Positions 13,386 to 26,878 of a stretch of 64,000 bases of DNA are shown here, piece after piece. The translations under genes and the position numbers were made by a program. A model generated the notes under the pieces. That model was given only the letters and a program-made list of their open reading frames with translations, ran no database searches and was not told the DNA's origin. The stretch spans positions 62,620,001 to 62,684,000 of the forward strand of contig OX597824.1 in NCBI GenBank assembly GCA_951406725.2. The letters run 5' to 3'. The DNA comes from Octopus vulgaris (Eukaryota). Every line of letters starts with the position of its first letter. The first letter of the stretch is position 1.

Positions 13386-14719
13386 TAATAGTAATGATAA
13401 TAATAAAATCTACTGTTTACTTTTTAAAATTGTATTTGCTTAACTAACAATAATGAAGAGAAAATTATTTATCATGAATATGAAGAATACATCGCTATTT
13501 CATTATACTCAAATATATTTATATAGATGAATACAAAGTGAATATATTCGAAGACAAGTGACAGAAATGCAGATGTATAATTGTGTGGGATCCACATGAA
13601 GTTATTGATGGAACACTTTGTCATTTCTTTTTCCCTCATAGAAGTAATATATGAGTAATGTTATTGCAAATAGGATACGTACTGCTTTGTCTAAAACTGT
13701 TAACCATGCACACGTTGAAATCTAACCCTTCTTTAGAAAATGGCAATGTATTGAGCGTTTAATTTGGCCCAACCTTAAAAAGGTAGTAGTTATACATTTA
13801 ATACAATGGATGAATTGTACAGAAATTACATAATTTATCGAATCACCCGATAGCCGATGCAAATTATAATAATCTAAATTCAGGGTACTCACTACATAAG
13901 TTCTGCAGTTAATATAAAAAATCTCACAAATGTCACAGGAATAGTTTTTTTTCTTCTTTGCTACACGCGAATTTTACAGCAGCACACTATCCACAAATAC
14001 ATTCATGTATAGATTGTTGGAAGTAATAACCGAGACCTAACATTGATATAGTTCCGTGCTCATCACACTCCTAAGTTAAAGGAACTACTTCCAGAAGTAA
14101 AGTTATATCAATGATTGAAATGTACAGTTAAAATCAAGTGGAACGGAAAACAATCAAACCATGAACAAAAAAGCTATGTCTAACAGCCGTAGCTATAATA
14201 ATGTTATCAAGTTGAATCTGACTAGATCGCCAAGAATCGCCTGCTGAATGTAACCAAAACTTCAAGATCCCAAACAAAAGGATTTTTGCAATAAGTCTAC
14301 ATCTACGATCCTACCGCCGGTTAGTAATCATTGGTCATTTTTAAAGGCCTTAAACTAATAGTAGCAGTTTTAAAATTTACCTTGAAGTTATAAAATTAAA
14401 GAAGGAAACCCTTTTTATGGTCGCATCATATGCGAAATATATAAGATACTTAACAAAACAATATTCAAAATCCGGATAAGAAAAAAAAAGATGAAATATG
14501 AGCAACATTGTATTAGACGGAATGTTGAGAGTATACAATTCTCAAATTTCTAAATAGTACAGTGACAGCCATATGAAAATATAGATTTAAAATTGGTGGA
14601 TTCCCGTATGGAGTAATAAAAGGTTTCGTTTTCTCAGTCGACTTTGGAAGTTATTTTAAAAAGCTCAGAAATTTCAGGACATTCTTATTAAACCAGAAGA
14701 TATATATATATATATAAAC

Positions 14720-14958
14720 AATTGCAGCGTGGAAAGTGTTTTTAAGCCATTTAAGAAGCACACACAAAACCGTTATATTGACTTCAACATATAAATTTAA
14801 TTCGTCAAAATATTTTCGTCGCTTTCAGACCGCGACCTGTTCACTGACAAATCCTCGTGCAGCACGTGATTCTTAAATGGTTTATAAACACCTTCCACGA
14901 CGCAATTGTTCCGGCACACGATCTCAGATCGGGTCACTTGCTATGCATGTAAATCTCC

Positions 14959-14960
<2 letters not shown>
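14720..14960 (-). mobile_element. Short repeat between (TA)n tracts carrying a hammerhead-like fold (probable PLE terminus)
   Basis: Flanked by (TA)n; three-way junction at 14801-14851. Confidence 0.55.
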
Positions 14961-15004
<44 letters not shown>

Positions 15005-16239
15005 CATATACATATCTATCTTTCTATGTATCTCTATCTATCTCTCTTTATACACACATACGCGCATCCATATATAAACCCGCATGCATGTTTGTAACTC
15101 GGTTTTAATAAACACACTGCATCTATGGACGTCTGATGCTAATAGTGGCACAATTATTATTGTCGGCATCTTCATCCTAGTCGTCATCATCATCATCATA
15201 TTATTATTATTGTTGTTGTTGTTGCTGTTGTTGTTGCTGCTGCTGTTATTTAATCATCTGCATCACTATTGTGAATAGTTCTAAGTGTAATTTTTTCGTC
15301 CAATTATTGCATTTATCATAAATCTAGTGCCCGTTATTAAATGTTGAAAATTCAATTTAGCCCTGTATTTGTTATTCATATTTCACTTTTATAGTTTAAA
15401 GAGTCCTTTTTGAATATTATTTTTGTTTCATTGTAGTTTATTTTGCTAGTAATTCTTCTTTATTTATTTTTTAACCTTTGCGAAACATTTCTAATTAAAT
15501 TGATAAATCTCCACTGAAATATTCAGAAGAATTGCTGTAGTTTTTTTTAAATCTTTTTCGCCTGCTTACTTAGTTTTTCGATTCAGAAAATTGCCAATTA
15601 TGCATTTATATAAATATACCCATAGATAAATTAGTAAGCAAACAGAAATTGAACTGTTTGATTAAATCCAACACTATATATTATATACAGTATATACGAC
15701 AATATTAATCAATACAATGAAGGTGCTCGTTGAGACATCGCTAAGTTATTTCTGTATTTAATCATCTTTGATACCTCAAACTTCATTCAACCACATTCAA
15801 ATCTCTAGATCAAATACCGGGTGAGTTACAGGGAGCATAACAAACAGCGTAAATACTTTAATGACTCATTTAGTGTTTACTAGCAAAAGCAAATTATATG
15901 CTTTATATTGCAACAGCCGACACAATAACGCATAATTGTGCGTGCATCAAGTATACTACGTATTCCAGACTGAGAAACTGAATACAAAGACAAAAGTATG
16001 TTCTCACTCAACGTTAAATTATCCTCATTTTGGATGAACCGGTTATATGTATGCCTTAACAAATTCTTGAAATTGAAAGGATTCTGGCATAAATAAATAT
16101 AGCCTTATTTGTCGTTAACAAACTCAATTTAAACCACGATATTCATTTTAGATATATTGATAGACTTAGATTGCAAGTCAATGAACTGCGGGGATCCAAT
16201 CTATCTATTTATCAAGTAATGGTCATACTGAACTTCGAG

Positions 16240-16400
16240 GCAGCAACTGGCAGAATCTTAGCGGTAATTCGTCAGTCTTTAAGTTTTGAGATTAAATACC
16301 ATCGAGGTCAACTTTAACTTTAATTCTTTTGGGGTGGATAAAATGAGATGTAATCGGCTCACTCCCTATACCTAAATTACTGGTCTTTAACCAAAGTTTG
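16240..16400 (+). mobile_element. SINE family B (decayed)
   Basis: ggcagcaactggcagaatcttagcgg...gaggtcaacttt. Confidence 0.6.
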
Positions 16401-17561
16401 AAATCAATACAATGCTGGACTTGCGTGATTGGTAACAAGGACGAGTAGAGCACAACATTGAGATGTGTTTTGAATTCATTCAAATATATACAGTACTGAA
16501 GACTCATTAACATCTGATCCGGAGATCTATCTAGACAGGGAAGTAAGTTACCAGTAATCACTTTGTAATCCACACGAAATGAGGTGTGGTATGAATTGAA
16601 ACCAAAATTAATGCATATCAAACCTGATACTACAATACTATTCGGCAATCTTTGCTATTTCCAATATCGTATTTGTTCATAACATGGTTAAAAATGCAAC
16701 GGTGACCGTTTAAAATAAGTGCATTGTTTACATATTCATGTTCGTATTTTCATAAAATGGAAATTGTTAAATCGAATTAGATCATTTGACAGCTGATGCT
16801 TCTGCATGAAAGGGAATTCGTACACAAAACTAAAACGAACAGAAGACATCTGACTTTTCTTAACATATATTCAGTCAATAAATAATTTCTTCGAAAACTT
16901 TATTGCCTCCTGACATCTTTTGTACTCTCCCCCTTCTCTCCCTCTCTCTCCCTCTTTTTGTTTTCTCTCTTCCTCTCTGTCTGTCTCTCTCTCTCTTCCT
17001 CCCTGTTTGTATCTATCTGTGTCTCTCTGTCTATCGCTCTCTCGCTCTCACACTCTTTCTAAACTGTTTCTTTTATCAATTTTTCTCTCTCTATCTTACC
17101 ATTCCTTGAAATCTAAAATTCCATCAGAATTCCATATGTTGCATTTTCCCTAGATGTCTATATATTAATCTCTGTTCTTTGATCTTTTATTTTTGCCGAA
17201 CATTCAGCTATGATATATGTTCATACCAAATGCACTCAAAGATATTGCTTAACAGCAAACTCTCCATTTGACATCTGATGCAGCTGATACTGCGTCACCC
17301 AACACACTAAAATGTCAAACTTTTAGAATATAATCAATCGAATCAATGAAGGACTCTAAATCTCGTTGTTTCATTTCTTCACCAGTAATTGTTTCACTGA
17401 AATGTATAAAGTTCAATACAGTTGTTTTATGAATGAGTTAATTCATTTCACTTTATACTAGCTTATGAAATGTAGAAATATACAAAAGTATGGAAATTTT
17501 GTATTCAACTAAAGTGATTTTTTCTCTTTGCTTCCATACTTTATTAAACTAGTTATGTTAA

Positions 17562-18040
17562 TGTTGTAGCGAGAGTCATGACACGCCCTGCGAGAAGAGA
17601 CTTGACCGAACGACTATAAAAAGCAGTGGTCTGAGCGATGGACAGAAAGTAGGCGTTAGTCGCAGAAAGTCGTAAGGTGCCGTTTTGGTAGTTGTGGGAA
17701 TATCGTCTGTTGTTTGCGTATAGTTGCGTGGAAAGCTTATTGGATTGTCAAGCTGTTGTTACCCTGCTTCGTTATATGTTTTTTGTTACTACACGGTTAT
17801 AGTGTAAACAATTATGGTCATAAATAGTGGCGATCCTACAATAATTGGCAACGAGTAACTACATTACAATAATTGACGATGAGGTGTCGAAGCTCACGCA
17901 GGTCAGTTGACAAATTTTTGTGATGCTAAATTGTTAATGATGGAAGAATTATTAGCTTCTAGAATACAGTTACAAAAACAGCATCAAGAACAGTAACAGG
18001 AGCTGCAGAAACAACTACTTCAGCTTCAAGGAAAGGTACT
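17562..18040 (+). mobile_element. Gypsy-like LTR (17562-17843) + PBS + gag N-terminal remnant
   Basis: TGTTGTAG...CTACAATA ends, TATAAAA at 17615, PBS-like TGGCAACGAG at 17846, Q-rich MMEELLASRIQLQKQHQEQ*QELQKQ from 17937. Confidence 0.7.
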
Positions 18041-18116
18041 GAACTTCATTGGGAAGTGAAAATTTTAAAAATGAGTTGTTGGAAAGAAGGAAAAAAATTA
18101 TAATAAAATACATTTC

Positions 18117-18183
18117 GTTTACTACGAAAGTCGAAATCTCCGCGAGAATAAACTTGACCGAACGACTATAAAAATAGCACTGT

Positions 18184-18260
<77 letters not shown>

Positions 18261-18464
18261 AGCAGTGATCAGAAGAACTCTCAAGGCTTCGTTTCGATAG
18301 TTGTCGGAATATCGTTTGTTGGTTCATCTATAGTTCGTCGATAGCTTGTTGGATTATCACGTTATTGTTACCCTGATTCATTATATGTTTATTCTTACTA
18401 CATGGTTATAATTGAAATAAGTATCGTCAAAATTGGTAGCGTTATTACAATAATTAGCGGCGAG
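18117..18464 (+). mobile_element. Second diverged copy of the same LTR + PBS-like site, with internal (GA)n
   Basis: Shares acttgaccgaacgactataaaaa and tgttaccctg blocks; ends ttacaata followed by attagcggcgag. Confidence 0.7.
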
Positions 18465-19551
18465 TAACTAGGTTAAAATTGTAATATTAATAAACCCTAT
18501 TCAAGGGAACAGACACGGTATTTCATATTTGATGCTATTTTGCAGGAACGTGGAGAGTGTATTGTTCTATAGCTGCAGATCAAGCAAAACCCTGTTTATT
18601 AAACTTGGTGGAGGGATACAGTGTGAAATTTCGTCGATATCATTCATAGTGTTGCATTCAAAATGTTCAGCTATCGCACAGGTTAAGACAATAACATTTG
18701 ATTACATTAGCTGGTTAATTTTTTTAAATCATCCGTACCAAATCTGAGGATAACCTCCCCATTTCACTCGGCACACCTATAAAGATTTTACATGTTCTTC
18801 GATATTAGGTATCCTTCTTTATCCATTGAAAACATTATAATATTAGATACCTCGAATTTAGATGTGGCATTTATTTCAATACAAATAATGTAATAAAATA
18901 AACGCAGTCGACAAGTACGATGCACACATGCTCTTCTACATTGTTTATTTCGGACTAAACTATATCACGGTGGGCGTTTCAGTGAGGGACTACCAACAAT
19001 ATATACTGCGATGCGTAATTTAAAAAAACATGGTTCGTTTGTCTGTTTAAAAGTTAATAGTAGCTGCATGACTCAATGGTGTTGCCATAATTTACTTGAT
19101 GCATTCAAGAACATGACACCAGTCATTCGTAGCAGACAGGCTGTTAGATAAATAACACAGAAATAATGTCAAGTGTTATGTTCTTTCTTTATTCCGGATA
19201 TCAAAACATAGGCAAATATTGCAAATAATCACGAATTAAGATGTATTTAACGAAGTCGTTAAAAGTTATTCGGCACCTAGCATATGCTGTAACAAATTTG
19301 TTAGTCGTATGTAATTCCATTTACGTAACTTTTGCTTATCCATAGACAAAAAAAGCATCTAAGCATATTCATCGGAATGTTTTATATTCGTAGATTGAAA
19401 AAGAAGATATATTGGCTGTTTGAGAAAACCGGACATTGTCTAGCGTGTACAAATAGGATGCATATATTTACACAAACACAAAACATATTCGGAAGCCATA
19501 CGTACGTTTACGAAAGCACCTGTATGCGAATAAATACATACATATTTATGA

Positions 19552-19893
<342 letters not shown>

Positions 19894-19899
19894 TTTAAT

Positions 19900-20590
19900 T
19901 TCTTAAAGGCAAAAGAATGCAAGTTATAAAAGAATTTAATGTGGGTCGATGGTTAATAATATTACCTGGTAATTCAATATTTCGGGGCTAGGACCACTTC
20001 TTTGGGATATCTACGAAGTTGAAGGTTCCTAACGTCTTTGCTCTGTAATATGAGTGTGAATGAAAGGCTGTTTCGCCATGCTACAGTGGCCCAATCGGCT
20101 GTATACAGGTCTGATCTATTATGCGCGCTATGTATTTGCTAATTTAAAAAGCATTTTTATTCTCATGTTCTCTGTGTTTTTTTTCTTTTAGCGTTAATGG
20201 AAACTTGGATGTCTTAGGTTTGGAAATATTGTTACCATTTTCTAACGGAAGACAGATTAGCATATGAGTGTTTTAAATGTATGTGATGCTACTTTCGACA
20301 TAGAATACCATACATTTGCTACATGTGATTTTATACACCACGTAGAAGCATGGAAATATACTTTCATCTTTGATCGAGGATTTGGACAACGTGTTGTTTT
20401 GTTTTAGCTTGCTTTTAGTTATGACTCTCTTCAAGGAAGGTCTTTAGTATGCCAGTTGTATATACTAATGATCGCATTTCATTTAATGGGTTTAAATCAG
20501 CATAACGCGTGTCATAACATTCAAGTCATAATCCCCACCTTTACCAATAAATTTTTCCGACCATGAAACCAGGATTCTGGTCCATCAGGC

Positions 20591-20642
<52 letters not shown>

Positions 20643-21250
20643 GTAATAATAAATGAGGGTTCTTTGATAAAAAAACTTTGGATTGCTATTTCAACATCGT
20701 CTCTGCTTCTGATTGTCTTTCCTCTGGTAAAATGTTCAGGTAACCTGAATAAGTGAAAACGGGATTATGCTATGACTGGTAAGTAGGGTGGGTAACGTAG
20801 AGCATCCCAATCTAAAATAACTCTCATATTGGTTTAGCTTTGTCAAATAAGCCCATATATTATCATGTATTATCACGAGACAGTACACTTTCCCCGCTAT
20901 GATTGAGGTTATCCTGCATAGTGGGCCAGAGATTTTTAAGCCTCTCTCTTTGTCCCCATTCATTTGAGGATAAGTCACTTCCCATGTTGGACTTGATGAT
21001 TGATAATCATCCAAAATATCGGAATTCCCCTTTTTAAATTTGTCACATTTACATCATGACAATATACGACGCATCTTATCCAACGCATGTGTTGTATTGT
21101 TACTTCAAGAAAGTTGTGAAGCAATGCCGAATTGGCTATTGGAGACGGCATATAGACACAAAAGCCATGTCCACATTAACATAAATCATTAACTCTATGC
21201 GGAATAGCCGGTTACAAGGACAGCTTTTACAAATTCTTTGTATGATATTA
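19900..21250 (-). mobile_element. Penelope-like element remnant (GIY-YIG endonuclease region)
   Basis: Minus-strand PSLKRVITKSKL and YVVYKITCSKCMVFYVESS (20288-20344) match the PLE GIY-YIG pattern; decayed hammerhead-like motif at its 3' end; interrupted by (AAT)n at ~20590-20650. 5' extent uncertain. Confidence 0.65.
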
Positions 21251-21400
21251 TCAGGTTAATTATATGAAAATACAGCATAATTTTCCAGTGCCCCTAAGAT
21301 ATATATTTATAATTACACACATCTCTATGTACGTGTATACACGCACACACACGCGCGCGCACACACACACACACGCGCGCACACACACACACATACATAC

Positions 21401-21463
<63 letters not shown>

Positions 21464-21649
21464 TATACATACATAGACATATATACATACCTATGTATAT
21501 GTGTGTGTGAGTGTTTGCGCGCGTGTATATATAGCGAGAGAGAGACAGTCAGAGTGAGAGATGTGTATAATTCAATATAGGGCATGTAGTCTCCGAGATA
21601 TTTATGCAACGGTGTTGTATGCATATATATAAATGTCTATATAGATATA

Positions 21650-22220
21650 TATGCATATAAATAAGAAAATTGTGTTTAATTTATTGGAGGTTACACGTTA
21701 TTTGAAATGTAGGATAGTACGTGGGTATGTGTGGGTTAGTTTGAACGTGCTGTCAGCGATTGTGTGTTTGTGTTTGTATGTAAGGGGTGTATATGTGTGA
21801 GTGTTTTCTGTGTTCGTCATATTCTTTCCGACGCTCGGAGTATTGCTATAAGATGGATCTAGCTTAATATTATAGCCTCCTTCGACGTGCTTTGTCTTAT
21901 TCTGTGGTAATTATCAGTGATGTATAAGGAACAGATTTTAGAAATATTTATACAAGATGGAGCGTAGTCTATGACTTTCCATTATATGTTTGCATTCCTT
22001 CTACTTTATGTTAAATCCCAGAAGCGTTAGACAGAAATGTTGAACCCTCTTTCAATATATTGCGAAATATACTTGTGAGTTTCTTGTATCATGTTTGAAG
22101 GATCCATTAATAGCACCAATATAGAATTATTAAGTTTGTTGAACTGCTGCGTTTTGAAAGTGATTTTTGATAGGGTACCTCGCTTTTTAAACTCTGTTTA
22201 CCTTTTTCGATACCAATACC
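21650..22220 (-). mobile_element. Penelope-like element remnant (GIY-YIG C-terminal region)
   Basis: Minus-strand FYIGAINGSFK, STFLSN and I*WKVIDYAPSCINISKICSLYIT resemble PLE YIG...I.WKI...Y....K.C.LC..EK motifs. Confidence 0.65.
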
Positions 22221-22256
22221 CGTTGATAGTTGTCTATACATAAGTGCATAAAGTTG

Positions 22257-22510
22257 AGGCGCGTGGCTTAGAGGTTAGGGCGTTAGACTCGTGATCGTTA
22301 GATTGTGGTTCCGATTCATGAACTGGGAGACTCGTTGTGTTCATGAGCAAAATAGTTCATTTCACGTTGCTCCAGTCCACCCAAGTGGCAAAAATCAGTA
22401 ATCCTGCGAGGGATCAGCGTCCCGTTCAGATTAGAAATATATACGCCATGAAATAGGGAAACCGGACCTTATGTGTTTGCATGACTCGAGAAGGTAAATT
22501 CCCTATTTTT
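22257..22510 (+). mobile_element. tRNA-derived SINE, family C (CORE-like central domain)
   Basis: ggcgcgtggcttagaggttagg head, B-box-like ggttccgattc, tcgttgtgttcatgagcaa..ttcacgttgctccagtccac. Confidence 0.8.
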
Positions 22511-22566
22511 TTACTCGCATACACGAGCAACTTGAGCTAAAATGAAAACCAATCCCATATAAGTAA

Positions 22567-24605
22567 CTAACTGACGTACCCCGTAATTCCCGGAAAAGCG
22601 GGGCTCATCCCTTGGTTCTGTTCTCATAATTATTTTGGTAATCCAATAACAACAATACAAAGTACGTAGACCATAAAGCGGTTGTTGTGCATTTACAGAA
22701 AATACCAAACGGTCTTACATAGGATCTTGTTTTAGGAAATCCCATTAAATTATGAACACCCAAGTCGTGAGGTCGGTTAGGTAATAACAGGAAATTAGTT
22801 ACCCGATAGAATGAATTCAAATAAGTAGCCACCAAAAGGGCTTTAATGCGTTCCAGGGTATATAGAATATAAGAGAAAATACCAATAATGTATGTATACG
22901 AAAATCTTGAAGCGTATTACGTAATAACAGGTTAATCTGTTATGAGATAATAACAATTCAAAGTAAATAACTCTGTTAAGGGCTTTTGTGCGTTCCAGGA
23001 GAATATTATCCTTAGGGGTGCGAGTGTTGAAATAGATCTACAATGAATGTAGAAACAGACTGACATTTAGTTTTACATTTTGTAGACGTACAAATAAATT
23101 TGCATATAGTTTTAAAATAAAATAACATGTAGATTATCAATTCATTTACAACACTTATAAATATTACAGTTAAATAATAAATACCTGATGATCTGGTCAA
23201 TCTTATTAAGTTTGCAGAACTTCTTGATAAGCGAACTCTTTGGTCTTTCCTTGCAGGGATGATTTTTCGCAGGTACTCAATTTCGAGATTGTCCACTGCC
23301 TTTTCTGGTTGAGGCTGACCAAATGTGGCAATGCCTTGACCTCCCGTAGCTTGCATTCGGGTGTCCAGGTCAAAGAGTGCCTCATTACAAATGGCGTTAT
23401 TGGAGTGGCAATTTTCGCTAAGGCTTGCCTTTGAATCCTTTTGTAGGATGTCCTCTGCCATGCTTGTTTTGTGGGTGAGCCAAAACTTGAGGGGTTCACC
23501 TTAGCCAAATGTCATCAACATGACAGAAAATAGCTGACGCACTTGAGTTAGTGCGCTACTGACTGATGCTTCCACCTGTGTCCGGTTACAGTGAGCATCG
23601 TCCTTCAGTAGTCCGAATTTGATGCAGGTTTCTCTGTAAGTCGTGCACTCGTTGTGACTTCAAATGTCTGAGAGTGTGCAGCAGTAGACGCAGAAAGAAG
23701 CACTCCTACTGATTAGGTTTCACTGTGTCCATCCACCTGATGACTGCACAACGGTTCTTCCCAGCCCTCAACGCGTGCCCCTTGCTTGTGCCTGTTCCAT
23801 CTGTTGTGTGCCCAGGTAGAGTATACAGGAATCTCAACGTACAACAATGTTTGGTTAAACAGATCACATTGGATAATTTGAAGAAAACTGTCAAAGCGGT
23901 TTCTGGTCGATTCAGGTTTCGAGTATAGTCGTCTGTGAAATATTCACGCTGGCCATTTTCGAGATGTATAGGTGGATTCACCACTGCTGGATGTCGCTTG
24001 TGAATTTCGAAGCCCAGAATGTGGCACATTGCCTCGTTAGAGGAAATATACGTTCACAAATTATAATGGTGAATTTTATCTGCCTTCCTAACCTCCTGTT
24101 CAAATTCCCAAACCGCCATATCTGAGCCCTTATTGAGGTATTTACATGCATATTTAATACTCTTTAGAGTTGCACGGCGCAACATTAACATGGGCTTGCA
24201 ATGTTTTAGACGGTAACGGGTTGTAGAACACGATCCACCTTTTGTCAATTTCCATCACTTAACCATTAACTTTGAGCTTGGTAGTGCTTGGGGTGATCAA
24301 AGGAAAATGAATGGGTTATTTCCCTTGGCTAAGAAAATGGACGGGTTATTTCTTGGCTACGAAAATGAATGGGTTAGTTATTTTCCTTGGCTGTTAAAGG
24401 AAAATATATGGACGTAGACCCATTCTAGGGGTCGTAGCCTTCCAGTTCTATAGTTTCATTAAATTTCAATGATCCCAGAAACATTGAAACAAACTCGATG
24501 TTACTTTAACATGTTTGCAAAGGTTCACGAAAATTCGTTAATGGGTGTAGATGGCACCTAGACACAGACATCCAAACAGACATCTTGCGTTTATATACGT
24601 GTAGA
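22567..24605 (-). mobile_element. Internally deleted Helitron with Rep remnant and both termini
   Basis: Rep motifs SIKYACKYLNKGSDMA, YISSNEA, IHLENGQREYF, ECFFLRLLLH, MAEDIL. 5' A|TC at 24605; 3' subterminal hairpin CCG-GGAATTA-CGG then TTAG|T (decayed CTAG) at 22567. Confidence 0.9.
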
Positions 24606-25271
24606 TAACTATATACTTATAGCGTACTTCATTTTACCGTGTATTTATGTATACCGAAATATATTCGAATCGAAATAACCGAAACAGAGGTTAAAACACG
24701 AGGTACCTTTCGACAAGTCACCTGAATGGACACATTTGAACAAATGATGGACCACAACGACTTAGTATAGCTTCTCACCCATGAAGGACTAATGCACGAT
24801 TGGTCGCGAACGATCGTAGCGATTAATAAATATTCTCGTGTGTTTTCTTTGCAGAATTTAAAATTAAAAATTTGGTTCAGAGACAAATAAATCTCGTTGT
24901 GAAATGTGTATTGGCCATCTCAATTCGGCATCTATGAAGAGATGATGTCGAGATGAGTGGGTCAATCCTTTAACCCATTTGTATACTTATTCTATATAAA
25001 CACCGTAACTGAGACATTTCCTATGTTTGATCTGGAACTTGCATTGGATCGTTAAACTGTATGCCGGAGTGCATAGGTATAATATTTCATGTACATGTAT
25101 ATTTATACGTATGTGTATATTTGTGTGTGCATGTACACGTATGCGTAAGTGTATGGATATGTCTATATATATGTGTGTATATATGGATGTGTTTGTATAT
25201 CGTATATACACGAATGTAAGATTTCGACACTCGATTGGTATCATTAATATCAAAATACTTTCGTTCAAACT

Positions 25272-25530
25272 AGCGCAGGAGTGGCTGGGTGGTTAGAAGA
25301 TTCCCTCCCTACCCCATGGTTCTAGGTTCAGTCCCACTGCATGGCTCATTGGGCAATTGTTTTCTGGTTTAGACTCGGGATGACCTGAGCCTTGTGCGTG
25401 AATTTGGTAGACGGAAACTGAAAGAAGTCTGTCGTATATATATATATGTATATACATATGTGTGTGTCTGTGTGTAGGTTTGTGTATGTATTTGTGTATC
25501 TGTCTTTGCCATTTTCCGGAAAAAACCGTT
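25272..25530 (+). mobile_element. SINE family A (5' part)
   Basis: gcgcaggagtggctgggtggt...gttcagtcccactgc...ggtagacggaaactgaaagaag. Confidence 0.85.
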
Positions 25531-25697
25531 GGAAAACCGATTATAGCAGTGACTCTATCAATTCCTAGGGATATTTGATGAAGGAATTTTTGTATTCCGA
25601 AATATTATATCAAACTAGACATATAATATAACAGTTAATATAGTCCATTGTTGTTACTATAGTGCATTGTTGTACCAATCAAGACACATTATATTTT

Positions 25698-25745
<48 letters not shown>

Positions 25746-25773
25746 CCACATTCAGGGAATGAAGCTCGCCAAA

Positions 25774-25865
25774 TTCTGGCTACATAGGTTTCCTAGTTAG
25801 CATAACCTTGGAATTAGTAATTACCGAACTTGTAGTTCTCCACTAGCTACTCATCAGGCCGAAAA
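25774..25865 (-). ncRNA. Minimal type-I hammerhead ribozyme motif (stem II base imperfect)
   Basis: TTCGGC-CTGATGA-(long stem II)-GAAA-CCTATG-TA-GCCAGAA. Confidence 0.55.
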
Positions 25866-26796
25866 TACCTTTGTTAAATGAAGCTCACATTATCTTCAAG
25901 GGATCCCAAATTAACTTGTAAGAGAATTAATCGAACATAATTGGAAAGCAAGTAGTTATAGAATACAGAAGAAAAGCTTAGGTGCGAAGAAATAATATAT
26001 GTGAGTGAGAAAATGTCTAAATTTGTTAATTAAAAGAATTATCATGAAGAAAAGGGGAAGGGAAGAGTAAGGGGAAATGTGCTATGATTGAAGCTGGCTA
26101 GTGGAAGGGTCTTGTTAATATAGGCTGGAATCATTTACTATGTCAACTGTAAATAAACAAAGAGAGTTATTGAGGCATCCTGTATATACATTTAAAATAA
26201 AGACGAAATTCAGGAGGAGGAAGAGACAGAAAATTTAGGAATGGTACTACGTAGGTATTTGTTAAGAGAGAGAGGGACAAATAGAGAGAGGGACAAATAG
26301 AGAGAGGTGGGAGATATTGTGAATCGAGTAGTTGTAGTTAAGTTGGCAGTTTATCACTTAACAGTAAAACTATGTAAATGCATTTTAGCGTGTATGTGCG
26401 TACACTTTCCGAGCGTCTATATTATCTTGAGTGTGTGCACGCGCGCGTAGGCGCCCGCATATTGTCATATGCAGGAGAAAGGTATAGGGATAAGGTATAT
26501 CACGAGGATAAGAGAAAATACGAAATATAAAAAAATATAAAGGTAGTTAAAATGTTGCTTGTTATAAATTTTTATTGGCATACATAGCAATCCCAGATGC
26601 TAACCGTGAACTATAAAGTAACGTTTTTCATCTTATCGTACTTCGATAGGGAAAATCTACAACTTTCTACGCCCAATAAGCCACTGTCGTTCCTGAAAGT
26701 TGTTGATTATAACTTCTCCGGACTGCTCGAAGCTTACCAATTTCCTACACCTGGATCCTTGGCTCTTACTTTTGCATACATACATACATACATACA

Positions 26797-26878
<82 letters not shown>

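Noticed and set aside
13900-14450. Possible Penelope remnant (PKLKELLPEVKL, LQDPKQ)
   Set aside because: Motifs too short and degraded to support a call.
16292-16648. 118-aa minus-strand ORF
   Set aside because: TTG start, runs into an antisense SINE, no recognisable domain.
18546-18681. AG-bounded plus-strand segment resembling an exon
   Set aside because: Weak donor (GTTAAG), no partner exon, unrecognised peptide.
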